From an uncultured Solirubrobacterales bacterium (GTDB lineage Bacteria; Actinomycetota; Thermoleophilia; Solirubrobacterales; Solirubrobacteraceae): a DNA stretch of 64,000 nt. The translations under genes were made by a program, and so were the position numbers. The stretch lies in NCBI GenBank assembly GCA_963720665.1, contig CAVRGI010000014.1:38643-102642 (forward strand), written 5' to 3'. Within the stretch, counting starts at the first letter, position 1, and the number at the start of each line of letters is the position of its first letter. The notes under the pieces were generated by a model. That model made no database searches. It was not told where the DNA came from and saw nothing but the letters and a program-made list of their open reading frames with translations. Positions 55,381 to 64,000 of the stretch are shown in pieces.

Positions 55381-55752
55381 TTATTGCGCGGACTCGAGGT
55401 CGGTGCGCAGCGTCGCCGCCTCGCCGAGGTAGACGTGCGCGGGCTCGTGGCCTTCGTCCGCGTGGTAATGCAGCAGCACCCTGATCACCCGTGGCAGCGA
55501 GCCCGGAACGGCGATCTCGCGCGCGCACAGCAACGGCACCCGCTCGAACCCGAGACCGCGGGCTGCGACCGCCGGGAACTGCGCGTCGAGCTCGTCGGTG
55601 ACCGTGAAGATGCAGCTGACGACGTGCTCGGGCGTCAGCGAGTTGCGCTGCATGATCGCACGCAACAGCGTGGCGGTCGCGTCGAGGATCGCCTGAGACT
55701 CGTTCTCGGGCACCGTGATCGCACCTCGCAGAGCGAAGAGTCGTTGCGCCAT
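55381..55752 (-). CDS. aroH: Chorismate mutase, AroH type
   Basis: From the ATG at 55752: MAQRLFALRGAITV..., 123 aa. The longer ORF was trimmed. Confidence 0.85.
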   Translation of the reverse strand: MAQRLFALRGAITVPENESQAILDATATLLRAIMQRNSLTPEHVVSCIFTVTDELDAQFPAVAARGLGFERVPLLCAREIAVPGSLPRVIRVLLHYHADEGHEPAHVYLGEAATLRTDLESAQ

Positions 55753-55781
55753 GGCGGCGATTCTGGCAGAGCTCGCGCGGG

Positions 55782-56483
55782 TCAGCCGGCGCCCGCGCGC
55801 AGGCGCTCGATATCGGCGGCGCTGAGGCGGCGATAGCAGCCGGGCGCGAGCCCTTCGATCGACAGCGGACCGAACGCGACGCGCTCGAGCGCGAGCACCG
55901 GATGGCCGACCGCCTGGCACATCCGCCGCACCTGGCGGTTGCGCCCTTCGCGGATCGTCAGCTCGAGCACGTCGCGCCGCACCCGGCGCACGCGGGCGGG
56001 GGCGGTCGGCCCGTCGTCGAGCTGCACGCCTCGCTGCAGGGCCCGCAGCGAGGCCTCGCGCACCGGCCCGCCGGCGACGCGGACCCGGTAGGTCTTCGGG
56101 ACTTCATAGCGCGGATGGGTGAGCCGATTGGCGAGCTCCCCGTCGTTGGTGAGCAGGATCAGCCCGGTCGAATCGGCGTCGAGCCGGCCGACCGGATACA
56201 GCCGCAGCCCCGGCGCGGGCACGAGACCGACGACCGTCGGGCGGCCATGGGGATCGCGCGCGGTCGAGACGACCCCTGCGGGCTTGTTGACCGCGTAGGC
56301 GACCCTGCGCGGGCCCCCGGCGAGCAGGCGGCCGTCGAGCTCGACGCGGCTGTCCGCACGCACATCGCGCGCGGGATCGGTCACGAGCCTACCGTCGATC
56401 GACACGCGTCCTTCGGCGATCAGCGTCTCGGCGGCCCGGCGCGAAGCGACGCCGGCATCGGCGAGATGCTTGGCGAGGCGCAT
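55782..56483 (-). CDS. rluB: Pseudouridine synthase (RluB/RsuA family)
   Basis: 233 aa with an S4 domain (MRLAKHLADAGVASRR) and the catalytic VGRLDADSTGLILLTNDG. Confidence 0.85.
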   Translation of the reverse strand: MRLAKHLADAGVASRRAAETLIAEGRVSIDGRLVTDPARDVRADSRVELDGRLLAGGPRRVAYAVNKPAGVVSTARDPHGRPTVVGLVPAPGLRLYPVGRLDADSTGLILLTNDGELANRLTHPRYEVPKTYRVRVAGGPVREASLRALQRGVQLDDGPTAPARVRRVRRDVLELTIREGRNRQVRRMCQAVGHPVLALERVAFGPLSIEGLAPGCYRRLSAADIERLRAGAG

Positions 56484-57194
56484 CTAGGCAGCAGGCGGTC
56501 CGCTCCCGGAGCGGGCATCGCCCGCGCGCAAGAGCCGCTCGCGCAGCTCGGCACGCTCGTCGGGAGTCGGATCCCAGCGCGCGACATCGGGCAGCTCCTG
56601 CAGCGAGCGCAGGCCGAACAGCTTCAAGAAGAGCGCGCTCGTCCGATACATGATCGCGCCGAACTGCGAGCGTCCCGCCTCCTCGATCAGGCCGCGCTCG
56701 AGCAGCGTGCTCGAGGCGGAGTCGGCGCTGACGCCGCGGATGCGCGTGATCTCCGGACGCGACACCGGTTGCAGGTAGGCGACGATCGCGAGCGTCTCGG
56801 CCTGCGCAGGGGTGAGCGTGCCGGCGCGCGGGCGGTTGAGCAGCCGTCGCGCGGCGTCGTCGCTGGCCGCGTCGGTCGCGAGCGTGAAGCCGCCGGCCAG
56901 CTCGCGCAAGACGATCCCGCCGGCGCCCGGCGGGTAGCTTTGGGCGAGCGCCGCGAGCGCCTCCTGCACCTCTCCCTGATCGAGCTGCGCCGCATCGGCG
57001 AGCTCGGCGACGCTGAGCGCATCGGAGGAGAGGAAGAGCAGCGCCTCGATCGTTCGCGCCGGCGCGACGGCGCCCCCGCCCCCCGGCGTCGCCGCCACCC
57101 GGATCTCGCCGTTGGCGCCGAGGTCGGGCGGCGCGATCTGCTCGATCGGCCGATCCCCGTCGCCGCCGTTCGGCGCGGCGGCGGAATCGCTCAT
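56484..57194 (-). CDS. scpB: SMC-Scp complex subunit ScpB
   Basis: From the ATG at 57194 (ATGA overlap with scpA): ...IEALLFLSSDALSV...LAIVAYLQPVSRPEITRIRGV... Confidence 0.9.
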   Translation of the reverse strand: MSDSAAAPNGGDGDRPIEQIAPPDLGANGEIRVAATPGGGGAVAPARTIEALLFLSSDALSVAELADAAQLDQGEVQEALAALAQSYPPGAGGIVLRELAGGFTLATDAASDDAARRLLNRPRAGTLTPAQAETLAIVAYLQPVSRPEITRIRGVSADSASSTLLERGLIEEAGRSQFGAIMYRTSALFLKLFGLRSLQELPDVARWDPTPDERAELRERLLRAGDARSGSGPPAA

Positions 57195-57952
57195 CGCGCC
57201 GCCTCCGCGAGCGCGGCGGGCTGCCGCGCCGCCGGCGCGCTGATCGCTATCTCGCCGAAGCACTCGGACTGGCGCCAATCGGCTTCGCCGCACTTGTACA
57301 GCTCCAGCAGCGCGAACAGGGTCACCGCGATCGTCATCCTGTCGGCGCCGCGCACGGCGTCGTCGAAACTGAACGCGCCGCGGAGCAGCAACCGGCGCAG
57401 GTGCGCCAGGCGCTCGGCGACGCTCACGCGCGGGCTGGCGAGGTGGCGCAGGCTGATCGAGGGCGGCACCGCGAGCAGCCGGCCGATCGCATCGCCCAGG
57501 ACCTCGGGATCGTGGGTGCCCTCGCGCAGCTGAATTTGGGTGCGGCGCAGGTGAGCGGGGGGCGGCACTTCGCGAAACCGCGTGCCGCGCTCGCGCGCGA
57601 GCAGCTCCTTGAGATGACTCGCGGCAGCCCGGTAGCGGCGGGCGTCGAGCATCCGCGCGAGCAGCTCCTCGGCCGCCTGCTCGGGCTCGAGCTCGGCCAG
57701 CTCCTCGTCCTCCTCGTTGGCGAGCATCAGCCTGGACTTGAGCTCCAGCAGCGCGGCGATCAGGACGATGAACTCGGTCGTCGCCTCCAGGTCGAGCTCG
57801 CCGCGTGCCTCGAGATGATCGAGGTAGGCGAGCACCACGTCGGCGAGCGCAAGCTCGAGCAGGTCCACCTCTTCGCGCAGGATCAGCGCCAGCAGCAGAT
57901 CGAACGGGCCGCTGAACACGTCGAGGTCGAGATCCAGCGCGGTGATCGTCAT
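57191..57952 (-). CDS. scpA: Segregation and condensation protein A (kleisin)
   Basis: 253 aa, LDVFSGPFDLLLALILREEVDL... Confidence 0.9.
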   Translation of the reverse strand: MTITALDLDLDVFSGPFDLLLALILREEVDLLELALADVVLAYLDHLEARGELDLEATTEFIVLIAALLELKSRLMLANEEDEELAELEPEQAAEELLARMLDARRYRAAASHLKELLARERGTRFREVPPPAHLRRTQIQLREGTHDPEVLGDAIGRLLAVPPSISLRHLASPRVSVAERLAHLRRLLLRGAFSFDDAVRGADRMTIAVTLFALLELYKCGEADWRQSECFGEIAISAPAARQPAALAEAAR

Positions 57953-58035
57953 CGAGCTGCCCGGGCCTCGGTCCGCGCGTCCCCCTCAGCACAGGCGCAC
58001 GACGCGCCGCAACCCTGAACCGCAGCATCGGTCAT

Positions 58036-59076
58036 TCACTCACGGTACCCATCCGTCCCGACGCGCAATCTGTCCGCCCCGGCCGGCGCCCCGACTCCCA
58101 TCCGCTCGCGCACGTCCGCGAGCGTGCCTGCGGCGATCGCCCGGGCGCGCCCGACGCCGTCGGCGAGGACCGCCTCGAGCGCTGCCTCGTCGGAACGCAG
58201 GTCCGCGTAGCGCTCGCGCACGGGCGCGAGATACTCGATCGTGGCGGCGGCGACGGCCTGCTTGAGCTCGCCGTAGCCGCGCGCGCCGGCGAGCTCGGCT
58301 TCGATCGCCTCCGGCGTGCTGGCGCGGGCGACGGCCAGGATTTCGATCAGATTGGACACACCCGGCTTCTCGGGCGAGCGCGCGATCTCGCTGCCGGAGT
58401 CGGTGACGGCGCTACGGATCTTCTTCTCGATCGCCTTGGGCTCGTCGAGGACGTACACGGTGCCCTGCTCAGAGCCGCCGGTCGTCGACATCTTCGTGCT
58501 CGGGTCTTGTAGATCCATGATCCGCGCGCCTACCTGCGGGATGCGGTGCTCGGGCACGACGAGCACTTCCTCGCCGTTGCCGAAGCGCGCGTTGAAGCGC
58601 GTCCCGATGTCGCGCATCAGCTCGACGTGCTGGCGCTGGTCATCGCCGACCGGGACCTCTTGGGCGCGGTAGGCGAGCACGTCTGCGGCCATCAGCACCG
58701 GGTAGAAGAACAGCGCCGCCGAGACCAGCTCGCGCTGCGCCGCGGACTTCTCCTTGAACTGGTGCATGCGCATCAGATCGCCGTAGGCGGTGACGCTCGA
58801 CAAAAGCCACGTCAGCTCCGTGTGCTCGGGCGCGTCGCTCTGGCGAAACAGGATGCAGCGCTCGGGGTCGAGGCCCGCGGCGAGCAGGATCGCGGCGGTG
58901 TCGTAGACCAGCTTGCGCAGGGCGGCGGGATCCCAGGGGACCGACAGCGAGTGCAGGTCGACGATGCAGTAGATCGCTTCACCGCGATCCTGGCCGGCGA
59001 CATACTGGCTGATTGCACCGATGTAGTTGCCGAGGTGCTTGGCGCCGGTGGGCTGGATGCCGGAGAAGATTCGCAT
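58036..59076 (-). CDS. trpS: Tryptophan--tRNA ligase
   Basis: From the ATG at 59076: MRIFSGIQPTGAKHLGNYIG (HIGH-like) and the KMSTT (KMSKS-like) motif, 346 aa. Confidence 0.95.
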   Translation of the reverse strand: MRIFSGIQPTGAKHLGNYIGAISQYVAGQDRGEAIYCIVDLHSLSVPWDPAALRKLVYDTAAILLAAGLDPERCILFRQSDAPEHTELTWLLSSVTAYGDLMRMHQFKEKSAAQRELVSAALFFYPVLMAADVLAYRAQEVPVGDDQRQHVELMRDIGTRFNARFGNGEEVLVVPEHRIPQVGARIMDLQDPSTKMSTTGGSEQGTVYVLDEPKAIEKKIRSAVTDSGSEIARSPEKPGVSNLIEILAVARASTPEAIEAELAGARGYGELKQAVAAATIEYLAPVRERYADLRSDEAALEAVLADGVGRARAIAAGTLADVRERMGVGAPAGADRLRVGTDGYRE

Positions 59077-59090
59077 CGGCGAGCCCCAGC

Positions 59091-60680
59091 CTAGGAAAGG
59101 GCCTGGCGCAGGACGGGACGCTTGGCCGCGCGGACCTCGTCCAGGCGCCGCACGGGGGTCGTGTACGGGGCGTTGCGCGCGATCTCCGGCCCCTCGGTCG
59201 CGGCCTCGCCGAGGATCGCCGTGAGCGCGTCGGCGAACGCGTCGAGCGTCTCCCTGGTCTCGGTCTCGGTCGGCTCGATCATCAGCGCCTCGTCGACGAG
59301 CAGCGGAAAGTAGACGGTCGGCGGGTGAAAGCCGAAGTCGAGCAAGCGCTTGGCAAGGTCGAGCGTTCTCAGCTTCAGCTCGCGCTTCATCGCTCCGCCG
59401 GAGAGCACGAACTCGTGCATGCACAGCTCCCCGTAGGCCAGCGGCAGGCGCTCGGCGACACCGCGCTGCTTCAGCCGCGCGAGCAGGTAGTTCGCGTTCA
59501 GCACGGCCGTCTCGGAGGCATCCTTCAGCCCGTCGGCGCCGAGCGAGCGGATGTAGGCGTAGGCGCGCACGAAGCAGCCGTAGTTTCCGTGAAAGCCGCG
59601 CAGGCGCCCGATCGACTGCGGGCGCTCGTAGTCGAGCTCGAACACGGCCGCGGGGGTGCGCGCGTCGGTCTCGGCCGGCGACCGTTCGCTGCGACCGTCG
59701 CCGGGGAGGCTCGCGCCGCCGCTCGCCGGCCCCGCGCGACGGTCGTGGCGCACGACCAGCGGGACGGGCAGGAACGGCGCGATCCGCTCGCTCACCGCGA
59801 TCGGCCCCGAGCCCGGTCCGCCGCCGCCGTGCGGCTGGGTGAACGACTTGTGCAGGTTGAAGTGCACGATGTCGAAGCCCATGTCGCCGGGACGCGAGAT
59901 CCCCATCACGGCGTTGAGGTTGGCGCCGTCGTAGTACAGCGTCGCCCCGACTTCGTGGACGATCGCGGCGATCTGCTCGATGTTTGAGTCGAACAGACCG
60001 AGCGTATTCGGGTTGGTGAGCATCAGGCAGGCGACGTCCTCGTCGGCCTTGGCGCGCAGATCGTCGAGGTCGACGCCGCCGGCGGAGTCGCTGGCCAGCT
60101 TGACGACCTCGAGCCCGGCCATCGTCACCGTCGCCGGGTTCGTGCCGTGCGCGGTGTCGGGCGTGAGCACCTTGCGGCGCTGCTGGCCGCAGCTCTCGTG
60201 ATAGGCGCGGCTGAGCAGCACGCCCGCGAGCTCTCCGTGCGACCCGGCGGAGGGCTGCAGCGAGACGTACGGGAGCCCCGCGAGCTCGGCGAGCGCCTCC
60301 TGCAGATGCCACATCAGCGCGAGCGCTCCCTGGGCGTGCTCGGGGTCCTGCAGCGGGTGCAGCCGCGCGTGGCCGGGCAGAGCGGCGGCGCGCTCGTGCA
60401 GGCGCGGGTTGTGCTTCATCGTGCACGAGCCGAGCGGGTAGAAGCCCGAGTCCAGGTCGAAGTTGCGCTTGGAGATGCTGACGTAGTGGCGCACGATCTC
60501 GGGCTCGGAGACCTCGGGCAGGCCCGGAGGATCGAGCCGCCGGTGGCGCGCGGGCAGCAGCGTCTCGGCGGCGGCGCCGGGGACGTCGATCGCGGGACAG
60601 ACGAACGCACGGCGCCCGGGAGACCCCTTCTCGAAGATCGTGCGCGCGCGTTCGCGCTGCAGCGGGGCCTCGGCACTCAT
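59091..60680 (-). CDS. gcvPB: Glycine dehydrogenase (aminomethyl-transferring) subunit 2
   Basis: From the ATG at 60680 (ATGA overlap with gcvPA): LGSCTMKHNP and the PLP site NLHKSFTQPHGGGGPG. Confidence 0.95.
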   Translation of the reverse strand: MSAEAPLQRERARTIFEKGSPGRRAFVCPAIDVPGAAAETLLPARHRRLDPPGLPEVSEPEIVRHYVSISKRNFDLDSGFYPLGSCTMKHNPRLHERAAALPGHARLHPLQDPEHAQGALALMWHLQEALAELAGLPYVSLQPSAGSHGELAGVLLSRAYHESCGQQRRKVLTPDTAHGTNPATVTMAGLEVVKLASDSAGGVDLDDLRAKADEDVACLMLTNPNTLGLFDSNIEQIAAIVHEVGATLYYDGANLNAVMGISRPGDMGFDIVHFNLHKSFTQPHGGGGPGSGPIAVSERIAPFLPVPLVVRHDRRAGPASGGASLPGDGRSERSPAETDARTPAAVFELDYERPQSIGRLRGFHGNYGCFVRAYAYIRSLGADGLKDASETAVLNANYLLARLKQRGVAERLPLAYGELCMHEFVLSGGAMKRELKLRTLDLAKRLLDFGFHPPTVYFPLLVDEALMIEPTETETRETLDAFADALTAILGEAATEGPEIARNAPYTTPVRRLDEVRAAKRPVLRQALS

Positions 60681-62083
60681 GCGAGCGCAACCTCGCGCTC
60701 GGCGCTGACCGCGGCGCCGAGCACATCGGCGAGGCGGTCGATCTGCGCACGGGTGCGTTGCTCGGTGATCGCGACCAGCAGTCCGCCGCGGTCCTCCTCG
60801 CGGCCGCTCAGCGCCTGGATGTCGACCCCCGGGTTCACGCCGGCGCGCGCGCAGCGCGCCTTGACGGATGCGACGTCCGCGTCGAGCGCGAGCGCGAACT
60901 CTCTGATCACCGGCTGCTCGTGCCACGGCCGCACCCCCTCGAGCGCTGCGAGCGTCTTGCGCGCGTAGTCGGTGCGCGCCAGCAGCAGCTCGCCGAGCTC
61001 GACGATCCCGCGGCGGCCAAGCCAGGCGAGGTAGACGACGCCGGCGAGCGCGTTGAGCGCCTGTGCGGTGCAGATGTTCGAGGTCGCCTTCTCGCGCCGG
61101 ATGTGCTGCTCGCGTGTCTGCAGCGTCAGCACGAAGCCGCGCCGCCCGTCCACGTCGACGGTCTCGCCCGCGATCCGGCCGGGCATCCGCCGCAGATACT
61201 CCTCGCGGGCGGCGAACAGGCCGAACGAGGGGCCGCCGAAATCGAGCCGGTTGCCGAGCGACTGGCCCTCGCCGACGGCGACGTCCACGCCGCACTCGCC
61301 GGGGGGCTTGAGGACGCCGAGCGTGATCGGATCCACCTGCGCGACGACGACCGGCCTGTCGGCGGCATCGCCCCGCGCCGCGCCCGACCGCTTCGCCGCG
61401 GCGGCGAGCGCAGCGGCGTCCTCGACGGCGCCATAGAAGTTCGGCTGCGCGAAGCAGGCCGCGCTGGTGTCGATGTCGATCGCCGCTGCCCAGGCGTCGG
61501 GGTCGGTGACGCCGTCGGCGAGCGGAACCTCGACCAGCTCCATCGCGAACCCGTGCGCGTAGGTGCGCAGCGTCTGAATCGAGTGGGGATGCATGCCGGC
61601 GCTGACCACGAGCCGGCGGCGGCCGTTGTGCAGCTTGGCCAGGTAGCCCGCGGACGCGAGCGCGCTCGGCCCCTCGTACAGCGAAGCGTTGGCGACCGGC
61701 AACGCGGTCAGCTCGCAGATCGCGGTCTGGTACTCGAACATCACCTGCAGCACGCCCTGGGAGATCTCGGGCTGGTAGGGCGTGTAGGGGGTGAGGAACT
61801 CGGAGCGCTCCATCAGCATGTCGATCAGCGCGGGCACGTAGTGGTCGTACATCCCCGCGCCGAGGAAGGACAGCTGATCCTCGGTGCAAACGTTGCGCGC
61901 GGCGAGCTCACGCAGATGCGCATAGACATCCTGCTCGGGCATTCCCTGCGGCAGGTCGAGCGGGCGGCCGAGCCGCAGCGACTCGGGGATCTGACGGTCG
62001 AACAGCTCCTGCAGCGAGCCGACTCCGATCGCGCCGAGCATCTGCTCGCGCTCGGAAGGCGTGGTGGCGGTGTAGCGGCTCAA
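60677..62083 (-). CDS. gcvPA: Glycine dehydrogenase (aminomethyl-transferring) subunit 1
   Basis: 468 aa, MSRYTATTPSEREQML...FLGAGMYDHYVPA... Confidence 0.95.
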   Translation of the reverse strand: MSRYTATTPSEREQMLGAIGVGSLQELFDRQIPESLRLGRPLDLPQGMPEQDVYAHLRELAARNVCTEDQLSFLGAGMYDHYVPALIDMLMERSEFLTPYTPYQPEISQGVLQVMFEYQTAICELTALPVANASLYEGPSALASAGYLAKLHNGRRRLVVSAGMHPHSIQTLRTYAHGFAMELVEVPLADGVTDPDAWAAAIDIDTSAACFAQPNFYGAVEDAAALAAAAKRSGAARGDAADRPVVVAQVDPITLGVLKPPGECGVDVAVGEGQSLGNRLDFGGPSFGLFAAREEYLRRMPGRIAGETVDVDGRRGFVLTLQTREQHIRREKATSNICTAQALNALAGVVYLAWLGRRGIVELGELLLARTDYARKTLAALEGVRPWHEQPVIREFALALDADVASVKARCARAGVNPGVDIQALSGREEDRGGLLVAITEQRTRAQIDRLADVLGAAVSAEREVALA

Positions 62084-62095
62084 CTTGACTTGAGC

Positions 62096-62494
62096 CTAGC
62101 CAGCGAGACCGCTGGAATAGGTCTCGGCGTCCATCAGCGCCTCGCGCTCGGCGGGATCGCTCATCCGGATGCGCACCAGCCAGCCGACGCCGTAGGGATC
62201 TTCGTTGATCGCTTGCGGGTTCTCCGCGAGCGCCTCGTTGACCGCGACGATCTCGCCCGACAGCGGCGCGATCACGTCGGAAACGGCCTTGACCGACTCG
62301 ACCTCCGCGTACGGAGACCCTTGCCTGAGCGCGGTCCCGAGCGCTGGCGCTTCGAAGAAGACGACCTCCCCGAGGGCGTCCTGCGCATACCAGGTGATCC
62401 CTAGCGTCGCCTGCTCGTCGGCGTCGGGCTCGAGGCGTGCCCAGTCGTGCTCGGCGTGGTAGAGCAGCTCATCGGGGTAGTTCTCGTCGGCCAT
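62096..62494 (-). CDS. gcvH: Glycine cleavage system H protein
   Basis: 132 aa with the lipoyl-Lys motif EVESVKAVSD. Confidence 0.95.
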   Translation of the reverse strand: MADENYPDELLYHAEHDWARLEPDADEQATLGITWYAQDALGEVVFFEAPALGTALRQGSPYAEVESVKAVSDVIAPLSGEIVAVNEALAENPQAINEDPYGVGWLVRIRMSDPAEREALMDAETYSSGLAG

Positions 62495-63583
62495 TCACGA
62501 CCCCTTTCGATAGAACGGCTTTTCGCGCACCAGGGCGCTGCGCATCTTGCCACGGACGTCGATCTCGAGGCTCGTCCCGACGGCCGCGTGCTCGGCTGGC
62601 ACGTACGCCAGCCCGATGCCGATCTGAAGACATGGCGACAGCGTTCCGCTCGTGACCACGCCGCCGGAAGCGATCGGATTTCCGGGGCGCGCGATCCCAG
62701 GTCCATCGAGCGCGAAGGCCACCAGCGTCTGTCGCGGTCCCGCCTGGCGCACGGCGCGGACAGCCTCGGAGCCGATGAATCCGGTGTCCTCCTTGCAGCA
62801 CCAGCCGAGCCCCGCCTCGATCGGGCCGCGCTCGGTCGACAGCTCGTTGCCGTACAGGTGAAAGCACGCCTCCAGACGCAGCGTGTCGCGCGCGGCGAGG
62901 CCGGCCGGGCGCGCGCCGCGACGCGAGAGCTCCGCCCACACCGCGGCCGCCTCGGCGGGGGCCAGCAGCAGCTCGACCCCATCCTCGCCCGTGTAGCCGG
63001 TGCCGCAGATGATCGCGCGGGCGTCTCGCAGGCGGCCCTCCGCGGCGGTCATCCGCGCGGGCAGTGGAGCGTCCGCGATCGCCTGTACGATCGCGCGCGC
63101 GCGCGGGCCCTGCACGGCGAGCATCGCGTAGTCCTCGATCCGGTCGCGCACGGCGACCGCGCCCGGCTGCTCATGCTCGTGTCTGCGAAACCACTCGAGG
63201 TCGCGCTCGTGGTTGGCGGCGTTGGTGACCGTCAGCCAGCGCTCGCCCGCGAGCCGGTAGCTGAAGAGGTCATCGAGCACGCCTCCGTCTTCGCGGCAGA
63301 GGACCGCATACTGAGCGCCGCCGACAGGCACCTTGGCCAGGTCGTTCGAGAGCAGGCGCTGCAACAGCGCGGTCGACCCGGGGCCCTCCGTTTCGATCTG
63401 CCCCATGTGCGAGACGTCGAAGATCCCCACGTCTCGGCGCACCGCCATGTGCTCTTCGCGGACCGGGCTCGACGTGCCCGCGTAGTACGCCGGCATCTCC
63501 CAGCCGGCGAACTCGATCAGCTTCGCCCCCGCGGCCTGGTGCTGCTCGAAGAGCGCGGTTCGACGCGACACAACCGGTGGCAC
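62495..63583 (-). CDS. gcvT: Aminomethyltransferase (glycine cleavage T protein)
   Basis: 362 aa with a GTG start: RTALFEQHQAAGAKLIEFAGWEMP... Confidence 0.95.
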   Translation of the reverse strand: MPPVVSRRTALFEQHQAAGAKLIEFAGWEMPAYYAGTSSPVREEHMAVRRDVGIFDVSHMGQIETEGPGSTALLQRLLSNDLAKVPVGGAQYAVLCREDGGVLDDLFSYRLAGERWLTVTNAANHERDLEWFRRHEHEQPGAVAVRDRIEDYAMLAVQGPRARAIVQAIADAPLPARMTAAEGRLRDARAIICGTGYTGEDGVELLLAPAEAAAVWAELSRRGARPAGLAARDTLRLEACFHLYGNELSTERGPIEAGLGWCCKEDTGFIGSEAVRAVRQAGPRQTLVAFALDGPGIARPGNPIASGGVVTSGTLSPCLQIGIGLAYVPAEHAAVGTSLEIDVRGKMRSALVREKPFYRKGS

Positions 63584-63707
63584 GGCGCCAGGTTAACGAG
63601 TCGAGTCGCGCCTCCGGCCCGGGCTGGTCGCGCCCTCCCGCTTGCGCGGGGTCGCGCGCTCGCGCTCGAGGCGCCTGGCGCGCGCTCGCTCGCTCGGGAG
63701 CGAGGGC

Positions 63708-64000
63708 TCAGTCGGCGGACGAGGAGGTCGCGCTCGCGTTGGCCCCCGCGGGCGTGGCCGCGGCAGGCGTCTCGCTGATGAACGCTTTGATCAGCGACGC
63801 GGTCCGCTCGGGCTGGTCGATCGGGACGAACGTGTAGCTGTCCTCGATCAGCTCCAGCCGCGCGTTGGGGAACGCCCGGGCGAGCCGTTCTCCGTCGCGC
63901 AGCTTGAAGAAGCGGTCTTCCGGCGCCCACGCGATCAGCACCGGCTTTGCGAACTCCGCGAAGTGCGTCGCCGCGTCGAGCGTGTAACGCTTCGAGATGC
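63708..64000 (-). CDS. Alpha/beta hydrolase, C-terminal fragment (5' end outside the window)
   Basis: The frame stays open to the window edge. PVLIAWAPEDRFF...FVPIDQPE resembles the C-terminal His-loop region of alpha/beta-fold hydrolases. Confidence 0.5.
   Translation of the reverse strand, partial: ISKRYTLDAATHFAEFAKPVLIAWAPEDRFFKLRDGERLARAFPNARLELIEDSYTFVPIDQPERTASLIKAFISETPAAATPAGANASATSSSAD

Noticed and set aside
59077-59090. A possible T-box leader upstream of trpS.
   Set aside because: Only 14 nt separate trpS from the gcvPB stop, and there is no T-box sequence (no GGTGGTACCGCG-like motif) in the vicinity.
63584-63707. A possible glycine riboswitch upstream of gcvT. The leader contains GCGGGAGGG...GCCGGAGGCGCGA, faintly like GGAGAG...ACCGAAGGAGCAA.
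   Set aside because: Only about 58 nt lie between the weak match and the start codon, the core ACCGAAGG and CUCAGGC-type motifs are missing, and no aptamer-length structure is evident. An Rfam RF00504 scan would settle it.
1-64000. Searched by eye for tRNA, rRNA, tmRNA, transposase, integrase, phage or toxin-antitoxin genes and for defence systems.
   Set aside because: No ORF has transposase, integrase or Cas-like motifs. No intergenic region shows tRNA-like GTTCGAATC/T-loop signatures, and most intergenic gaps are under 120 nt. YraN and the STAND-like LAL regulator are common housekeeping or regulatory genes and are not arranged like a known defence module.

Overview
By eye this is a very GC-rich bacterial chromosomal segment. 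Its gene order resembles the Firmicutes/Actinobacteria core block: rnhB-lepB-rplS-trmD-rimM-rpsP-ffh-ftsY-smc-rnc-acpP-plsX-rpmF-yceD, then coaD-rsmD-recG-yloV-rpmB, followed by ribHBAED, rpe-rsmB-fmt-def, priA, metK, der-cmk-aroA-tyrA-DAHP synthase, hisC-aroH, rluB-scpBA, trpS and gcvPB-PA-H-T. The split gcvPA/PB, AroH-type chorismate mutase and type I-beta DAHP synthase suggest a deep-branching high-GC Gram-positive lineage such as Thermoleophilia or Rubrobacteria; this is inference only. 53 of the 57 genes between 6.1 and 63.6 kb are on the minus strand, and many have 4-nt start/stop overlaps. The accessory content consists of a LAL/LuxR regulator with an FAD oxidase at the left end, a methyltransferase splitting rimM-trmD, a glycosylation island at 32-38.6 kb and a multidomain S53 protease. 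I found no rRNA, tRNA, CRISPR array or mobile element. The main findings are: (1) a candidate ribosome-mediated attenuator with a leader peptide ending AYFTWRFI upstream of the DAHP synthase-tyrA-aroA genes; (2) an SMC orthologue with no recognisable hinge, short arms and a hexapeptide-repeat tail; (3) short tandem repeats at gene 3' ends that produce low-complexity tails or duplicated stop-codon regions in smc, def, rpmF, rplS, a GT-C gene and metK; (4) conserved genes (plsX, rnhB) with no canonical start codon where one is expected. All functional calls come from reading motifs in the translations and from synteny. No database search was run.
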